The translations under genes and the position numbers were made by a program. This document shows, in pieces, positions 38,451 to 48,211 of a stretch of DNA of 64,000 nt. Position 1 is the first letter of the stretch. Every line of letters begins with the position of its first letter. The notes beneath the pieces were generated by a model that saw only the letters and a program-made list of their open reading frames with translations, was not told where the DNA came from and did not search any database. This DNA is from a bacterium (GTDB lineage: Bacteria > SAR324 > NAC60-12): contig OZ242383.1 in assembly GCA_965209155.1 (NCBI GenBank), positions 4,128,001 through 4,192,000 on the forward strand, in the 5' to 3' direction.

Positions 38451-39012
38451 GTCATCACCACCGGCAGAGCCGGTGGCTTGAAGAGGCCCCCAGTATGAGG
38501 GCAAAACGTGTTCGTCATCGTAAGACGTGCTCGTGCTCGTGAACGAAAAAGGCTGCCATGTTAGATCATGAAAAACTCGAGGTATACCAATGTTCCATCG
38601 AATTTTTAGCGTTATCTGTCCAAGTCATCGAAACATTGCCAAAAGGATACTCAGCCTTAGTTGACCAACTGAAAAGGGCATCATGGTCGATTCCTCTCAA
38701 TATCGCAGAAGGCTGTGGAATAAATTCCTTTCCTGACAAGCAACGATTCTATGCATTTGACCGAGGTTCCGCAATGGAATGCGCTGCTATTCTCGATGTT
38801 TTAAACGTGTTGAAGATCATCCAGCCTCCTTTATTTGACGAAGGGAAACAGTTACTTCATCGCATTGTTTCAATGTTAACCAAAATGTGCCGTCGAATTC
38901 ACTGACCGTTCACGAGCACGAGCACGGCTCACGGACACGGATACGTTTCTCATGTCTGACCGGCAAAGCCTATTAGGTTCGCACCAGCAGAGCTGGTGGT
39001 TTAATGAGATTA
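38451..39012 (-). mobile_element. Non-autonomous IS200/IS605-type element carrying a four-helix-bundle gene (copy B)
   Basis: 562 bp, inverted relative to copy A. Same TAAT target and TGAC end. Confidence 0.8.
38558..38905 (+). CDS. Four-helix-bundle protein (23S rRNA IVP / TIGR02436-like)
   Basis: 115 aa. HEKLEVYQ, DQLKRASWSIPLNIAEG, RGSAMEC. The only copy with a full ORF. Confidence 0.88.
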   Translation: MLDHEKLEVYQCSIEFLALSVQVIETLPKGYSALVDQLKRASWSIPLNIAEGCGINSFPDKQRFYAFDRGSAMECAAILDVLNVLKIIQPPLFDEGKQLLHRIVSMLTKMCRRIH

Positions 39013-39033
39013 ATTAATTTTCGAGAATGTCCC

Positions 39034-40317
39034 ATGAGTAAAAATGCGCGACTGGAAGTACAGGGTCGAACAGTTGAAGTTCCTCTGGTTATTGGCAGTG
39101 AAAAGGAGGTGGGGTTGGATATTTCCAATCTACGCAAGGAAACCGGCGCCATCACCTTTGATCCGGGATTTGTCAATACAGGTTCTTGTGAAAGTGGTAT
39201 TACGTTTCTTGATGGAGAGAATGGAATTTTGAGATACCGGGGAATTCCCATTGAGCAGCTTGCGGAACAGTCGAGTTTCCTGGAAGTGAGTTATTTGCTG
39301 ATTTATGGCGAACTCCCCACAATCACGCAGTTGAGGAATTTTGAAGATTCGATCACTCACCATACAATGCTGCATGAGGATTTGAAACATATCTACAATG
39401 CCTTTCCACGAGATGCGCATCCGATGGCGGTTCTGTCGTGCATGGTGTCGGCACTTTCAACGTTTTACCCTGACGTAGGTTTAGGGGATCAAGATAAACT
39501 CAATTTAGCCATTACCCGTTTAATGGGGAAATTACCGACCATTGCAGCATGGGCTTATAAAAAAAGCATGGGGCAACCTTTGATCTATCCTGACAATAAC
39601 TATGAATATTGCGAAAACTTTTTACACATGATGTTTTCCCTTCCTTCTGTGAATTCGGAAATTCCGGAAGACTTTGCGAAAGCGCTGAATGTCCTGTTCA
39701 TACTTCACGCAGACCATGAGCAAAACTGTTCGACTTCCACCGTCCGTTTAGTCGGCAGCAGCATGGCAAACCTGTTTGCTTCCGTTTCCGCAGGAATTGC
39801 AGCCCTGTGGGGACCTTTGCATGGTGGGGCGAACCAGGCTGTCCTGGAAATGTTGCAAGAAATTCAGACGCAAGGAGCGAATGCGCAAAAGTTTGTGGAA
39901 AAAGCAAAAGATCGTCGATCCGGTTTTCGTCTCATGGGTTTCGGTCACAGAGTTTATAAAAATTTCGATCCTCGCGCTAAAATCATTAAGTCTTATTGCG
40001 ACCGGATATTGGAAATAACGGGGATTTCGGATCCATTGTTAGACATTGCCAAGGAGTTGGAGGAAGCGGTGCTTCACGACGATTATTTCGTAGAGAGGAA
40101 ATTGTACCCCAATGTAGATTTTTACAGTGGAATTATTTATAAGGCCCTTGGTTTTCCCACACCCATGTTAACGGCCCTCTTTGCCATTGGACGCTTACCG
40201 GGATGGATCGCCCACTGGGTTGAAATGAATAGAAGCTCGTTAAAAATAGGAAGACCTCGTCAGATATATACGGGTCCTCCCAAGCGCGCCTTTATTCCAC
40301 TTGATCAGCGTAGTTAG
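39034..40317 (+). CDS. gltA: Citrate synthase
   Basis: DPGFVNTGSCES, LRYRG, HADHEQNCST, GPLHGGAN, GFGHRVYKNFDPR, YPNVDFYSG. Confidence 0.97.
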   Translation: MSKNARLEVQGRTVEVPLVIGSEKEVGLDISNLRKETGAITFDPGFVNTGSCESGITFLDGENGILRYRGIPIEQLAEQSSFLEVSYLLIYGELPTITQLRNFEDSITHHTMLHEDLKHIYNAFPRDAHPMAVLSCMVSALSTFYPDVGLGDQDKLNLAITRLMGKLPTIAAWAYKKSMGQPLIYPDNNYEYCENFLHMMFSLPSVNSEIPEDFAKALNVLFILHADHEQNCSTSTVRLVGSSMANLFASVSAGIAALWGPLHGGANQAVLEMLQEIQTQGANAQKFVEKAKDRRSGFRLMGFGHRVYKNFDPRAKIIKSYCDRILEITGISDPLLDIAKELEEAVLHDDYFVERKLYPNVDFYSGIIYKALGFPTPMLTALFAIGRLPGWIAHWVEMNRSSLKIGRPRQIYTGPPKRAFIPLDQRS

Positions 40318-40358
40318 TTGATGATTTCGATAATTTTCTTATTTCAATTATAAAATTC

Positions 40359-41792
40359 ATGGTTCGCTTACGTTTCGCTCCCAGTCCCACCGGCTACCTG
40401 CATCTAGGAGGATTACGCACGGCATTGTTCAGTTATTTGTATGCCAGGCAGCAAAAGGGATCCTTCATTTTTCGTTTGGAAGACACCGACCGGGATCGAT
40501 TTGTAGAGGGAGCGGAAGCGAATTTGTTGAAAATGCTCAGTTGGGGAGGTCTTCAAATCGATGAAGGAGGCAACCTGGGAGGAGCATACGGACCTTATCG
40601 ACAATCAGAAAGGCTTTCCCTCTATCATCGATATGGTCAGGCATTGTTGCAGTCTGAAAATGCTTATTATTGTTTCTGCGCACCGGGCACCCTGAAAGCT
40701 ATGAAAGATGAACAAAAAAAACGGGGATTGTCCACGCGTTATGACGGGCGATGCCGCAATTTATCTGACCAGCAAGTGAAACGATACGTAGCTGCAAAAA
40801 TTCCTCGAGTATTGCGAATGAAGATTCCGCAAAATGAAACCATCGAGATGCCAGATATGCTGCGCGGTTCAGTATCCATCGATACTTGTCAACTGGATGA
40901 CCAGGTGCTCATCAAAGCGGATGGCTTCCCGACTTATCACCTGGCAGTTGTAGTAGACGACCATTTGATGAGGATCACCCACGTGATACGAGGGGAAGAA
41001 TGGCTCCCCTCTTTTCCAAAACATATTTTACTTTTCCGTTTTTTCAACTGGGAACCTCCCCGATTTGTCCATCTACCTTTGATATTGAATGAGGATCGTA
41101 GCAAATTGAGCAAACGTCAGGGAGACATTGCGGTGGAAGAATATCAAAAACAAGGATACCTCGCAGAAGCCCTCGTGAACTTTGTTGCCTTGTTGGGTTG
41201 GAGCAGTGGCGATGATCAGGAAATATTCACACGTGAGGAGTTGATTGAAAAATTCAGTTTCGAGGCAATTGGAAAATCAGGGGCTGTTTTCAATCGCGCG
41301 AAACTCGATTGGATGAATCAGCAATATATCAGGAATTTGCCACCAGAGGATTTATTTGAACGTTTAAAACCGTATATCCGGGAAACTGCATATGCCGATC
41401 AAAATGAGGATCAATTGAAAAAAATATGCGCGGTTCTTCAACCGAGATTGGTAGTTTTGTCCGATATTCAAAAAAGGCTTCCTCTATTTTTTGAAGAAAA
41501 ACCGTTATTGAGGGATACTCATCTGATAGAAGCTTTGCGAAAAGAAAATTCTCGCATTGTGATGGAGGCCTTTCAAAAACAACTCGATAAAAACGAGGAA
41601 GTGACGGTGGGAGGATTTTCCGAAATGATGAAAACCGTCCAGAGAACCACCGGAGTGAAAGGAAAGGATCTTTGGATGCCGATTCGATGTGCCATCACCT
41701 TGGAGGAACAGGGACCTGAACTTGCTGCGGTTGCCGCAATCTTTGGCAAGCGCAAGTGTCTGCGTATGATTGAGCAGGCACTCCGTCTCTGA
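40359..41792 (+). CDS. gltX: Glutamate--tRNA ligase
   Basis: RFAPSPTGYLHLGG, EDTD, HVIRGEEW, KLSKR, plus anticodon-binding domain. Confidence 0.96.
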   Translation: MVRLRFAPSPTGYLHLGGLRTALFSYLYARQQKGSFIFRLEDTDRDRFVEGAEANLLKMLSWGGLQIDEGGNLGGAYGPYRQSERLSLYHRYGQALLQSENAYYCFCAPGTLKAMKDEQKKRGLSTRYDGRCRNLSDQQVKRYVAAKIPRVLRMKIPQNETIEMPDMLRGSVSIDTCQLDDQVLIKADGFPTYHLAVVVDDHLMRITHVIRGEEWLPSFPKHILLFRFFNWEPPRFVHLPLILNEDRSKLSKRQGDIAVEEYQKQGYLAEALVNFVALLGWSSGDDQEIFTREELIEKFSFEAIGKSGAVFNRAKLDWMNQQYIRNLPPEDLFERLKPYIRETAYADQNEDQLKKICAVLQPRLVVLSDIQKRLPLFFEEKPLLRDTHLIEALRKENSRIVMEAFQKQLDKNEEVTVGGFSEMMKTVQRTTGVKGKDLWMPIRCAITLEEQGPELAAVAAIFGKRKCLRMIEQALRL

Positions 41793-41898
41793 TGAGTCAA
41801 TTCAGGTTTTAACGTCTCATCCAATACGTTTTTCAATTTTTTCTTATTTCAGTTCTCTATACTTTTTAAAAACTTTTAATAGTTTGTAAAGGCTCTCC

Positions 41899-44223
41899 TT
41901 GAAATCAACCTGGATGGAATCACTTAATCATTTTAAGTCAAGGGTCATAGCAATTGGATCTTGTCTCTTCTGTACAGGATTTATCTCATTGACTATCGCT
42001 CATGTTTACGGGCAGACCATGAATGATTGGAGACAAACCGTCGACGAACTCGGAGAGATGATGATCATTGAGTCTCTCAAAGAACAACGAAGCGACTCAC
42101 TGGTTATTGTCGCCGGGATACTGAATTATAATACAGGAAAAAGAGATCTCTTGAGTGATGTGCTGGAAACCCACCTGATCGAGATCCTAAATCAGAAGGG
42201 AAAGTATCCCCTTGTTGAATATTCTCAAATCCAGTCGCATCGAAAAGAGTGGTTAGAATTATTTCCGGACTCCTCTCCGGAGGAAACCAGTCAGGAAATT
42301 GCCAGTCTACTTGGAGCGGATTGGTCCGTAACAGGGGTCTATTGGATAAAAGAAGAGCAATTTGAATTGCAGTTGAAACTGTATGAATCAGAAACTGGTC
42401 GAGTGATTTGGCAAGGGCAAACTGAATCTTTCGCAGAAAAATTAAAAGAACCTGAATTAAAAATTTCACAGACTCGAGAACCAGAGCAGGAGGTCGAATT
42501 AGTCCGGGAAATTTTGCCCGCTGAAATGGTCGATTCTGAAATGGAAGAGGCTTCCGGAATGATTCCTCAAACTGAACCAGTTGAATCGGGAGCCTCCGAA
42601 ATGGAAGGAAGCGTCGACACGGTTCCAGAGGATTCGCATATCGAAACTGCCGTTACCCCAAGCGAGGCATCAACGGCAGTAACCGAAACAGAAAAAGATG
42701 CTGGCTCTTTCCCTGAAGAAACGCCCGTAGACGTGCCTGTTTCCGAAACCGGGCAAATCGTAGATTCGATCCCCGAATATTTGACGGCCGGAACCGGTGT
42801 TTCGGAAAATGAACAAGTCACGGATATAACTTCCGAAATGACTCGAGATGAAACGTCAGTTGCTGGTAGCGAACCGGGTGCTGAAACGATCTCCGGGGAA
42901 GGTCCCGTTGAATCTGCTTTCGATGAATCCGCCACCGTTTCGGAAGCACCTTCTCGAGTTGCGCATTCGGAAACTGCAGTCACGCAATCCCGGCAAGGTT
43001 TTGATCCGGCCCCCGAAAAAATAACTACCCAGGCAACAGCATTCGAAAGCGGCATACCACCCGGATTTATTCCATTATTCGTAGTTTCGTCTTCTTCCCG
43101 GTCTGGACAATTGAAAGGCTCGGAGCAGGCGAAAGAATATTCGGAAGCACCTCCTCGAGTTGCGCATTCGGAGACCGCAGTCATGCAATCCCGGCAAGGT
43201 ATTGATCCGGCCCCCGAAAAAATATCTACCCAGGCAACGGCATTCGAAAGCGGCATCCCACCCGGATTTATTCCATTATTCGTAGTTTCGTCTTCTTCCC
43301 GGTCTGGACAATTGAAAGGCTCGGAGCAGGCGAAAGAACATTCGGATGAATTGGCTTATATCGGTACTGATGAATCAAGAGTTTCTCGGGAGGAAGAAAG
43401 TATTGATTCTGTAGAGGCAGCAATTTCAGAAAGGGATCAGGATCAAATTCGGCAAATGGAAGGTATGGTTTTAGTGCCGGAGGGACGATTTTTTATGGGC
43501 AGTAAGAAGGGTGAGGAAAATGAAAAGCCAGTGCATTCGGTGTACCTGCTCAGTTATTTTATTGACTCGCATGAAGTCACAAACAAGGAGTTTGCGCGTT
43601 GTGATCATTGTGAGAGGGGCAAAGGAGGTTTTGACACCACGGAGCCGGATCAACCCGTCGTCTATGTTGATTGGCAAAATGCTGAAGCATATTGCCGATT
43701 TGTGGGCAAAAGGCTTCCCACGGAGGAGGAGTGGGAAAACAGCGCCCGCGCGGGAAGTCAAACGGAATATTCATTCGGAAATGAGCAACAACTCGCCACC
43801 TACGCATGGTACGAAGACAATGCGGAACGGGTGGGAGAACGTTATGCGCACACTGTGGGAACAAAAAAACCCAATGCCTGGAAAATTTTTGATATGCACG
43901 GCAATGTCATGGAGTGGACCAGTGATCGCTACGTGGTGGATTATTATCAAAAATTGGAGGATAGCAAACCCTGGCATATGTTCAATTACTATTTTCACCC
44001 GGAAAATGACCATCCTTTCAAACCGAATATGCCCCCTGAAGATGAAACCCCGATGCGCGTTGTCAGAGGTGGTGCCTGGGGAGGGGCGTTTGGCACGGGA
44101 AAGGCGCGCCAGCTTCGGTCGGCAAAACGTTTCGCAGTTAAGCCCTGGGTTCGTTCATTTTTGATTGGATTTCGTTGTGCCACGGATTGGAACCCTTTTT
44201 TTAATCAAAACGAAAATCGCTAA
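41899..44223 (+). CDS. Exported protein with acidic linker and C-terminal FGE/SUMF1-like (C-lectin-fold) domain
   Basis: MVLVPEGRFFMG, EVTN, RLPTEEEWE, DMHGNVMEW, RVVRGGAW, GFRCA. Confidence 0.85.
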   Translation: MKSTWMESLNHFKSRVIAIGSCLFCTGFISLTIAHVYGQTMNDWRQTVDELGEMMIIESLKEQRSDSLVIVAGILNYNTGKRDLLSDVLETHLIEILNQKGKYPLVEYSQIQSHRKEWLELFPDSSPEETSQEIASLLGADWSVTGVYWIKEEQFELQLKLYESETGRVIWQGQTESFAEKLKEPELKISQTREPEQEVELVREILPAEMVDSEMEEASGMIPQTEPVESGASEMEGSVDTVPEDSHIETAVTPSEASTAVTETEKDAGSFPEETPVDVPVSETGQIVDSIPEYLTAGTGVSENEQVTDITSEMTRDETSVAGSEPGAETISGEGPVESAFDESATVSEAPSRVAHSETAVTQSRQGFDPAPEKITTQATAFESGIPPGFIPLFVVSSSSRSGQLKGSEQAKEYSEAPPRVAHSETAVMQSRQGIDPAPEKISTQATAFESGIPPGFIPLFVVSSSSRSGQLKGSEQAKEHSDELAYIGTDESRVSREEESIDSVEAAISERDQDQIRQMEGMVLVPEGRFFMGSKKGEENEKPVHSVYLLSYFIDSHEVTNKEFARCDHCERGKGGFDTTEPDQPVVYVDWQNAEAYCRFVGKRLPTEEEWENSARAGSQTEYSFGNEQQLATYAWYEDNAERVGERYAHTVGTKKPNAWKIFDMHGNVMEWTSDRYVVDYYQKLEDSKPWHMFNYYFHPENDHPFKPNMPPEDETPMRVVRGGAWGGAFGTGKARQLRSAKRFAVKPWVRSFLIGFRCATDWNPFFNQNENR
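42940..43345 (+). repeat. In-frame tandem duplication, 2 x 201 bp (67 aa)
   Basis: SEAP[S/P]RVAHSETAV...GSEQAKE units start at 42940 and 43141. Confidence 0.92.
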
Positions 44224-44274
44224 TATAAAAGAATTTGGATCATTGAGGTTATGCTTCGGGGTCCTCGTGAAAAT

Positions 44275-45615
44275 TCATGGCAGCACCGATTGGATGAGAG
44301 TGAAACATTTTGCAGTTGCACCGCCTTGGGAACCGATTACGCGTGCCGCTTCTTTTCCAAGTTTTGAACAAAAATCACGGTCGCGCAGTAAGCGAAACAA
44401 TAGTTCGCTGAATTCTTCCTCGTGTTTTATCGTAAATGCCAGACCTTTATTTAAAAGATCGACCGATTCGGGAGAGTTGTCATAGCGGGGGCCAAAGATA
44501 ACCGGAAGGCCCATCACGCAAGGTTCCAATACGTTATGTACTCCCTTGGTGAACGCTCCTCCCACATAGGCCAGATTGCCAATACGATACAAAGAAGACA
44601 GCACTCCAAGCCGGTCCACCAGGATGACGTGTGGAACTTCTTTTGGTTTTTCATGTAAGCGACTGAAGCGTTCGATCTTGAAATCGTGGAAAAATGATTC
44701 CGCATGAACCAGATGTTCCTCGCTGGGTTCATGAGGAACAATGATCAACATCAAATCTGCGAATTTTTTCAAAGCTTGTGATAAGCCGGGAAAGACGCGC
44801 TTCTCTCCTGCAGGCCAACTACTTCCTGCAATAAAGACGAATTTGTCATCAATATTGAAAGGCAATCGTGGGATCGGAAGGTGAAGTTTGCGTGTCAAAA
44901 CGCTGTCAAATCGCGTATCACCCGTTACTTGAATGTTGGAATGTTGCGGAACGCAATCCCGAAATCGCCGCGCGTCATCTTCCGAGACTGTAAAAATACC
45001 ATCCAAACTTGAATATATCGTAGCGTATAACGAGCGACCTATGGCAGAAGCGACACGAAAAGAACGGGATCGCAGCGTTGCCGAGATAAGAAACTGCGGC
45101 ACACCGGCAGCATGCGCGTTCCAGACTAAGTTGGGCCATAAATCATATCTGACGTAGACAATCGCGGACGGTTTCAATGTAGCCAACAGACGTCTCACGA
45201 CTTTTGGAAAATCATGTGGGAGATATTCGGCAACAACCGGCTGTAGTCGGACGGAAGAATCGCATTCATTCGATTGCGTTCGTTTGCACCATTCGTAACC
45301 CGAAACAGAACTGAATGTAACAGCGCAATCATAGCCTTCCCGGATAAATTTTTTCATCAGTGGTTCCCCTTGCAGGTATTCTCCCGCACTGGCAACATGA
45401 AACCAGATCAAAGGTATTTGGGAATTGCGCTGTAATATTTGTTCGTCCAGGCGTTTCCAGATCCCTTTTTTACCTGCAAGGCTTTCTTTGATTTTTTGAT
45501 CCTTGAAGGAAACAAAACGCAGGACCACTAAAATCAAAGGAAATAAAAACCAAGTGTAGAAGAAATTCCAGATTTGTCTTTCCATGTATGGGACATTCTC
45601 AGGAATTTTCATCAA
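44275..45615 (-). CDS. waaA: 3-deoxy-D-manno-octulosonic acid (Kdo) transferase
   Basis: WFHVASAGE, DLWPN, GDTRFD, YVGG, HNVLEP, FGP. Confidence 0.88.
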   Translation of the reverse strand: MMKIPENVPYMERQIWNFFYTWFLFPLILVVLRFVSFKDQKIKESLAGKKGIWKRLDEQILQRNSQIPLIWFHVASAGEYLQGEPLMKKFIREGYDCAVTFSSVSGYEWCKRTQSNECDSSVRLQPVVAEYLPHDFPKVVRRLLATLKPSAIVYVRYDLWPNLVWNAHAAGVPQFLISATLRSRSFRVASAIGRSLYATIYSSLDGIFTVSEDDARRFRDCVPQHSNIQVTGDTRFDSVLTRKLHLPIPRLPFNIDDKFVFIAGSSWPAGEKRVFPGLSQALKKFADLMLIIVPHEPSEEHLVHAESFFHDFKIERFSRLHEKPKEVPHVILVDRLGVLSSLYRIGNLAYVGGAFTKGVHNVLEPCVMGLPVIFGPRYDNSPESVDLLNKGLAFTIKHEEEFSELLFRLLRDRDFCSKLGKEAARVIGSQGGATAKCFTLIQSVLP

Positions 45616-45780
45616 AAGAGCTGGATTGGAACATTATGTGCCTCTATAAGGATCACTCGGTTGAATCGTAAATCAGCGATAATAAGGATGCTGAAATCAA
45701 TAACTCGATGGGATGTATTCCTCCAAAACATGATCCCCATTTTGACAGCAATTTTTTCAATTTTCAATGAGGGGATCTAA

Positions 45781-46299
45781 TTATTTATTGTTTGGAGACT
45801 CCAAATCCATCGGACTTTCTCTTTCTTTATGCAATCCGTTTTTATTTTGAGGAAACGAAGAATCACCAGGTGTATTTTTTTCAAATTCCAATAGTTTTTC
45901 CGTGGAAGGGAGTTCCGGGGGAATTTCTGTCCGTATCCTCCCCTGAAAAACACCCCCACGAGCTATAAACAATCGACCCGGTGGAGTAAAAATTTTTCCT
46001 GCGATTTGTCCTTCAGAAAGCACGGTGACACGTCCTTGCGTAATCAATTCACCTTCCATTCGCCCATTGACGATAAGATTTGGACCGCGCACCGTCCCGA
46101 ATACCCGAGCGGAATTACCAATCGTAATACTGTCATTACCGTCTATCACTCCGTGACAATTTCCTTCAATGCGAATGGGGCCTTCAGAATGAATCTTGCC
46201 TTCGAATTCGACATCGGGTCCGATATAATTGATAGGTTCTTTGATACGTTCATTCATGGAGATGCTTTCCCAAATGGCTTCTATTTTTTGCGTCTTCAC
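45781..46299 (-). CDS. Bactofilin (polymer-forming cytoskeletal protein)
   Basis: IGPDVEFEGKI...IRIEG...G beta-helix repeats, ending GGVFQG. Confidence 0.82.
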   Translation of the reverse strand: MKTQKIEAIWESISMNERIKEPINYIGPDVEFEGKIHSEGPIRIEGNCHGVIDGNDSITIGNSARVFGTVRGPNLIVNGRMEGELITQGRVTVLSEGQIAGKIFTPPGRLFIARGGVFQGRIRTEIPPELPSTEKLLEFEKNTPGDSSFPQNKNGLHKERESPMDLESPNNK

Positions 46300-46415
46300 A
46301 TCCCTGTTCCTTTCCAGTAAAATTTTGAGGGTTGGAATGAGACGCCCCAGGATCTCATCATGGCTTTGAGATCATTCCTAACATTTTATAAGATTGAACG
46401 GCAAGTAAAAGGAGC

Positions 46416-46949
46416 ATGGTTATGCAAGAAAAAGTAGAAATTGTTCAAGGGGATATTACCAGGCTGAACGTGGATGCCATTGTCAATGCTGCCAACAATT
46501 CTCTCTTGGGTGGCGGAGGAGTCGACGGTGCGATTCATCGGGCTGCTGGCCCGAAATTACGGGATGAATGCCGCCGGTTGCGTGGTTGTCCCACGGGGGA
46601 AGCGAAAATTACCAAAGGATTTGATTTGCCTGCGCGTTTTGTCATTCATACCGTGGGACCGGTCTGGAAAGGCGGGACGGAGGGAGAATCTCGCAAACTG
46701 GCTTCTTGTTATCAGAATTGTTTTGCTTTCGTTCGTCAATTCAATATCAAAACCATCGCCTTCCCTGCAATCAGTACCGGGGCGTATGGTTATCCGGTAG
46801 AACATTCCGCACGCCTTGCACTGAATGAAACGCTGAAATTCTTGAAACACGAATCACCCTTACAAAAAGTGACTTTTATTTGTTTTCTTCAAGACGTCTA
46901 TCAGTCATATCTCGAGGTGATGGAGAAACTTTTCCATGGAGAATCATAA
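46416..46949 (+). CDS. ymdB: Macro-domain O-acetyl-ADP-ribose deacetylase (YmdB-like)
   Basis: GDIT, DAIVNAAN, GGGGVDGAIH, HTVGPVW, FPAISTGAYG. Confidence 0.92.
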   Translation: MVMQEKVEIVQGDITRLNVDAIVNAANNSLLGGGGVDGAIHRAAGPKLRDECRRLRGCPTGEAKITKGFDLPARFVIHTVGPVWKGGTEGESRKLASCYQNCFAFVRQFNIKTIAFPAISTGAYGYPVEHSARLALNETLKFLKHESPLQKVTFICFLQDVYQSYLEVMEKLFHGES

Positions 46950-47123
46950 ATTCTTGTTCTGAAATGTCCGGTAGAAGAATTTGATGAAAATTTCAATTCC
47001 TTAGTGAGTCAGCAAGCAGCTTCAATGGCAAGGGGAATAGAATTTGAACATTTATTGCATGGGTTGGAACATAGGATCACAACGAGTATTGAGAAACATG
47101 CCCGAATATTTCTTGAAAGTTGT

Positions 47124-47199
47124 TGGAGCCCACGACGGGACTTGAACCTGCGACCTGCTCATTACGAATGAGCTGCTCTACCAGCTGAGCTACATGGGC
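47124..47199 (-). tRNA. tRNA-Thr(CGT)
   Basis: GCCCATGTAGCTCAGCTGGTAGAGC...loop TTCGTAA...GGTTCAAGTCC...TGGGCTCCA, 76 nt. Confidence 0.96.
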
Positions 47200-47289
47200 A
47201 TCCAGAAAAACTTTATGCGCTTTCAATAAAATTGTCAACCGCCATACAGGCGGTAATTTGGCTCCCTCTTCCAGGAACGATTGAATCAA

Positions 47290-48165
47290 ATGGCAGTATC
47301 GATGACAGGATTCGGGTCAGGCACGGTGAATCAAGAAAATTGGCAGTGCACGACTGAAATTCGAAGCGTGAACTACCGTTATTTAGATGTCACCATTCGA
47401 CTGCCCAACGGCTTCCAGAAATTATCGCCTCCTCTCAAACAACTCATCCAAAATAAATGTCATCGCGGAAAAGTCGATTGCAGCATTTCAATATCAAGTG
47501 CGGAACAAAGGAATAGTGCGCTATACTTGAATGCCGAACTTGCAAAAAACTACAAGACCCTTTTGGAGGAATTCCGGAATTTGACTCAATTGCCAATTTC
47601 TATCAGTTTGTCCGACCTTCTCAAAGTCGAGGAATTGATTCAAATACCTCAACCGGACCCCGAATCCGATTTTTTTTCAGGGTTGATCTTTCAATCCCTG
47701 GAAAAAGCTCTTACTCAACTGAAAGATATGCGAATCCGAGAAGGCAGTTCTCTTTTAACGGACATTAAGGAACGATTGTCGACGTGTAATTCGCTCTTGA
47801 ACAAAATGGATGTCATAGCCAGGGAATTGCCTTCCCAATATTATCAGCGATTGTGCGAAAGATTGACCACATTGGATACCCACCTCGATATCAATCAGGA
47901 TCGCGTACATCAAGAGCTAGCCCTTTTTGTCGACCGTAGTGACGTAACGGAAGAAATTATCCGACTGCGTACTCACCTGACTCATATGAAAAGCGTTCTC
48001 CAGGAAGATGAAGTGGGTCGAAGGGTAGATTTTTTATTACAAGAGTGCAATCGGGAAATCAATACGGTTGCTTCAAAAAGTAACAATGCTCCCATCAGTC
48101 AACTGGTTGTCGAGATTAAAGGGCAACTCGAGAAAATACGCGAACAAATTCAGAATATTGAATAA
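47290..48165 (+). CDS. yicC: YicC/YloC family endoribonuclease
   Basis: SMTGFG, RSVNYRYLD, RGKV, DVTEEIIRL, GRRVDFLLQECNREINT, EKIREQIQNIE. Confidence 0.93.
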   Translation: MAVSMTGFGSGTVNQENWQCTTEIRSVNYRYLDVTIRLPNGFQKLSPPLKQLIQNKCHRGKVDCSISISSAEQRNSALYLNAELAKNYKTLLEEFRNLTQLPISISLSDLLKVEELIQIPQPDPESDFFSGLIFQSLEKALTQLKDMRIREGSSLLTDIKERLSTCNSLLNKMDVIARELPSQYYQRLCERLTTLDTHLDINQDRVHQELALFVDRSDVTEEIIRLRTHLTHMKSVLQEDEVGRRVDFLLQECNREINTVASKSNNAPISQLVVEIKGQLEKIREQIQNIE

Positions 48166-48211
48166 CCTCCACCGGGTGGTGCGTTCTTGACGGCGCAATT
48201 CAGGAGAGACC

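Noticed and set aside
39004..39033. Upstream ATG start for gltA
   Set aside because: That ATG lies inside the mobile element's end; ATG 39034 is the more plausible start.
43450..44223. Diversity-generating retroelement (FGE/C-lectin target plus Avd-like four-helix proteins)
   Set aside because: No reverse transcriptase and no template repeat matching the 3' end of this gene were seen in the window. Differences between the four-helix copies are not adenine-specific. A remote DGR elsewhere in the genome cannot be excluded.
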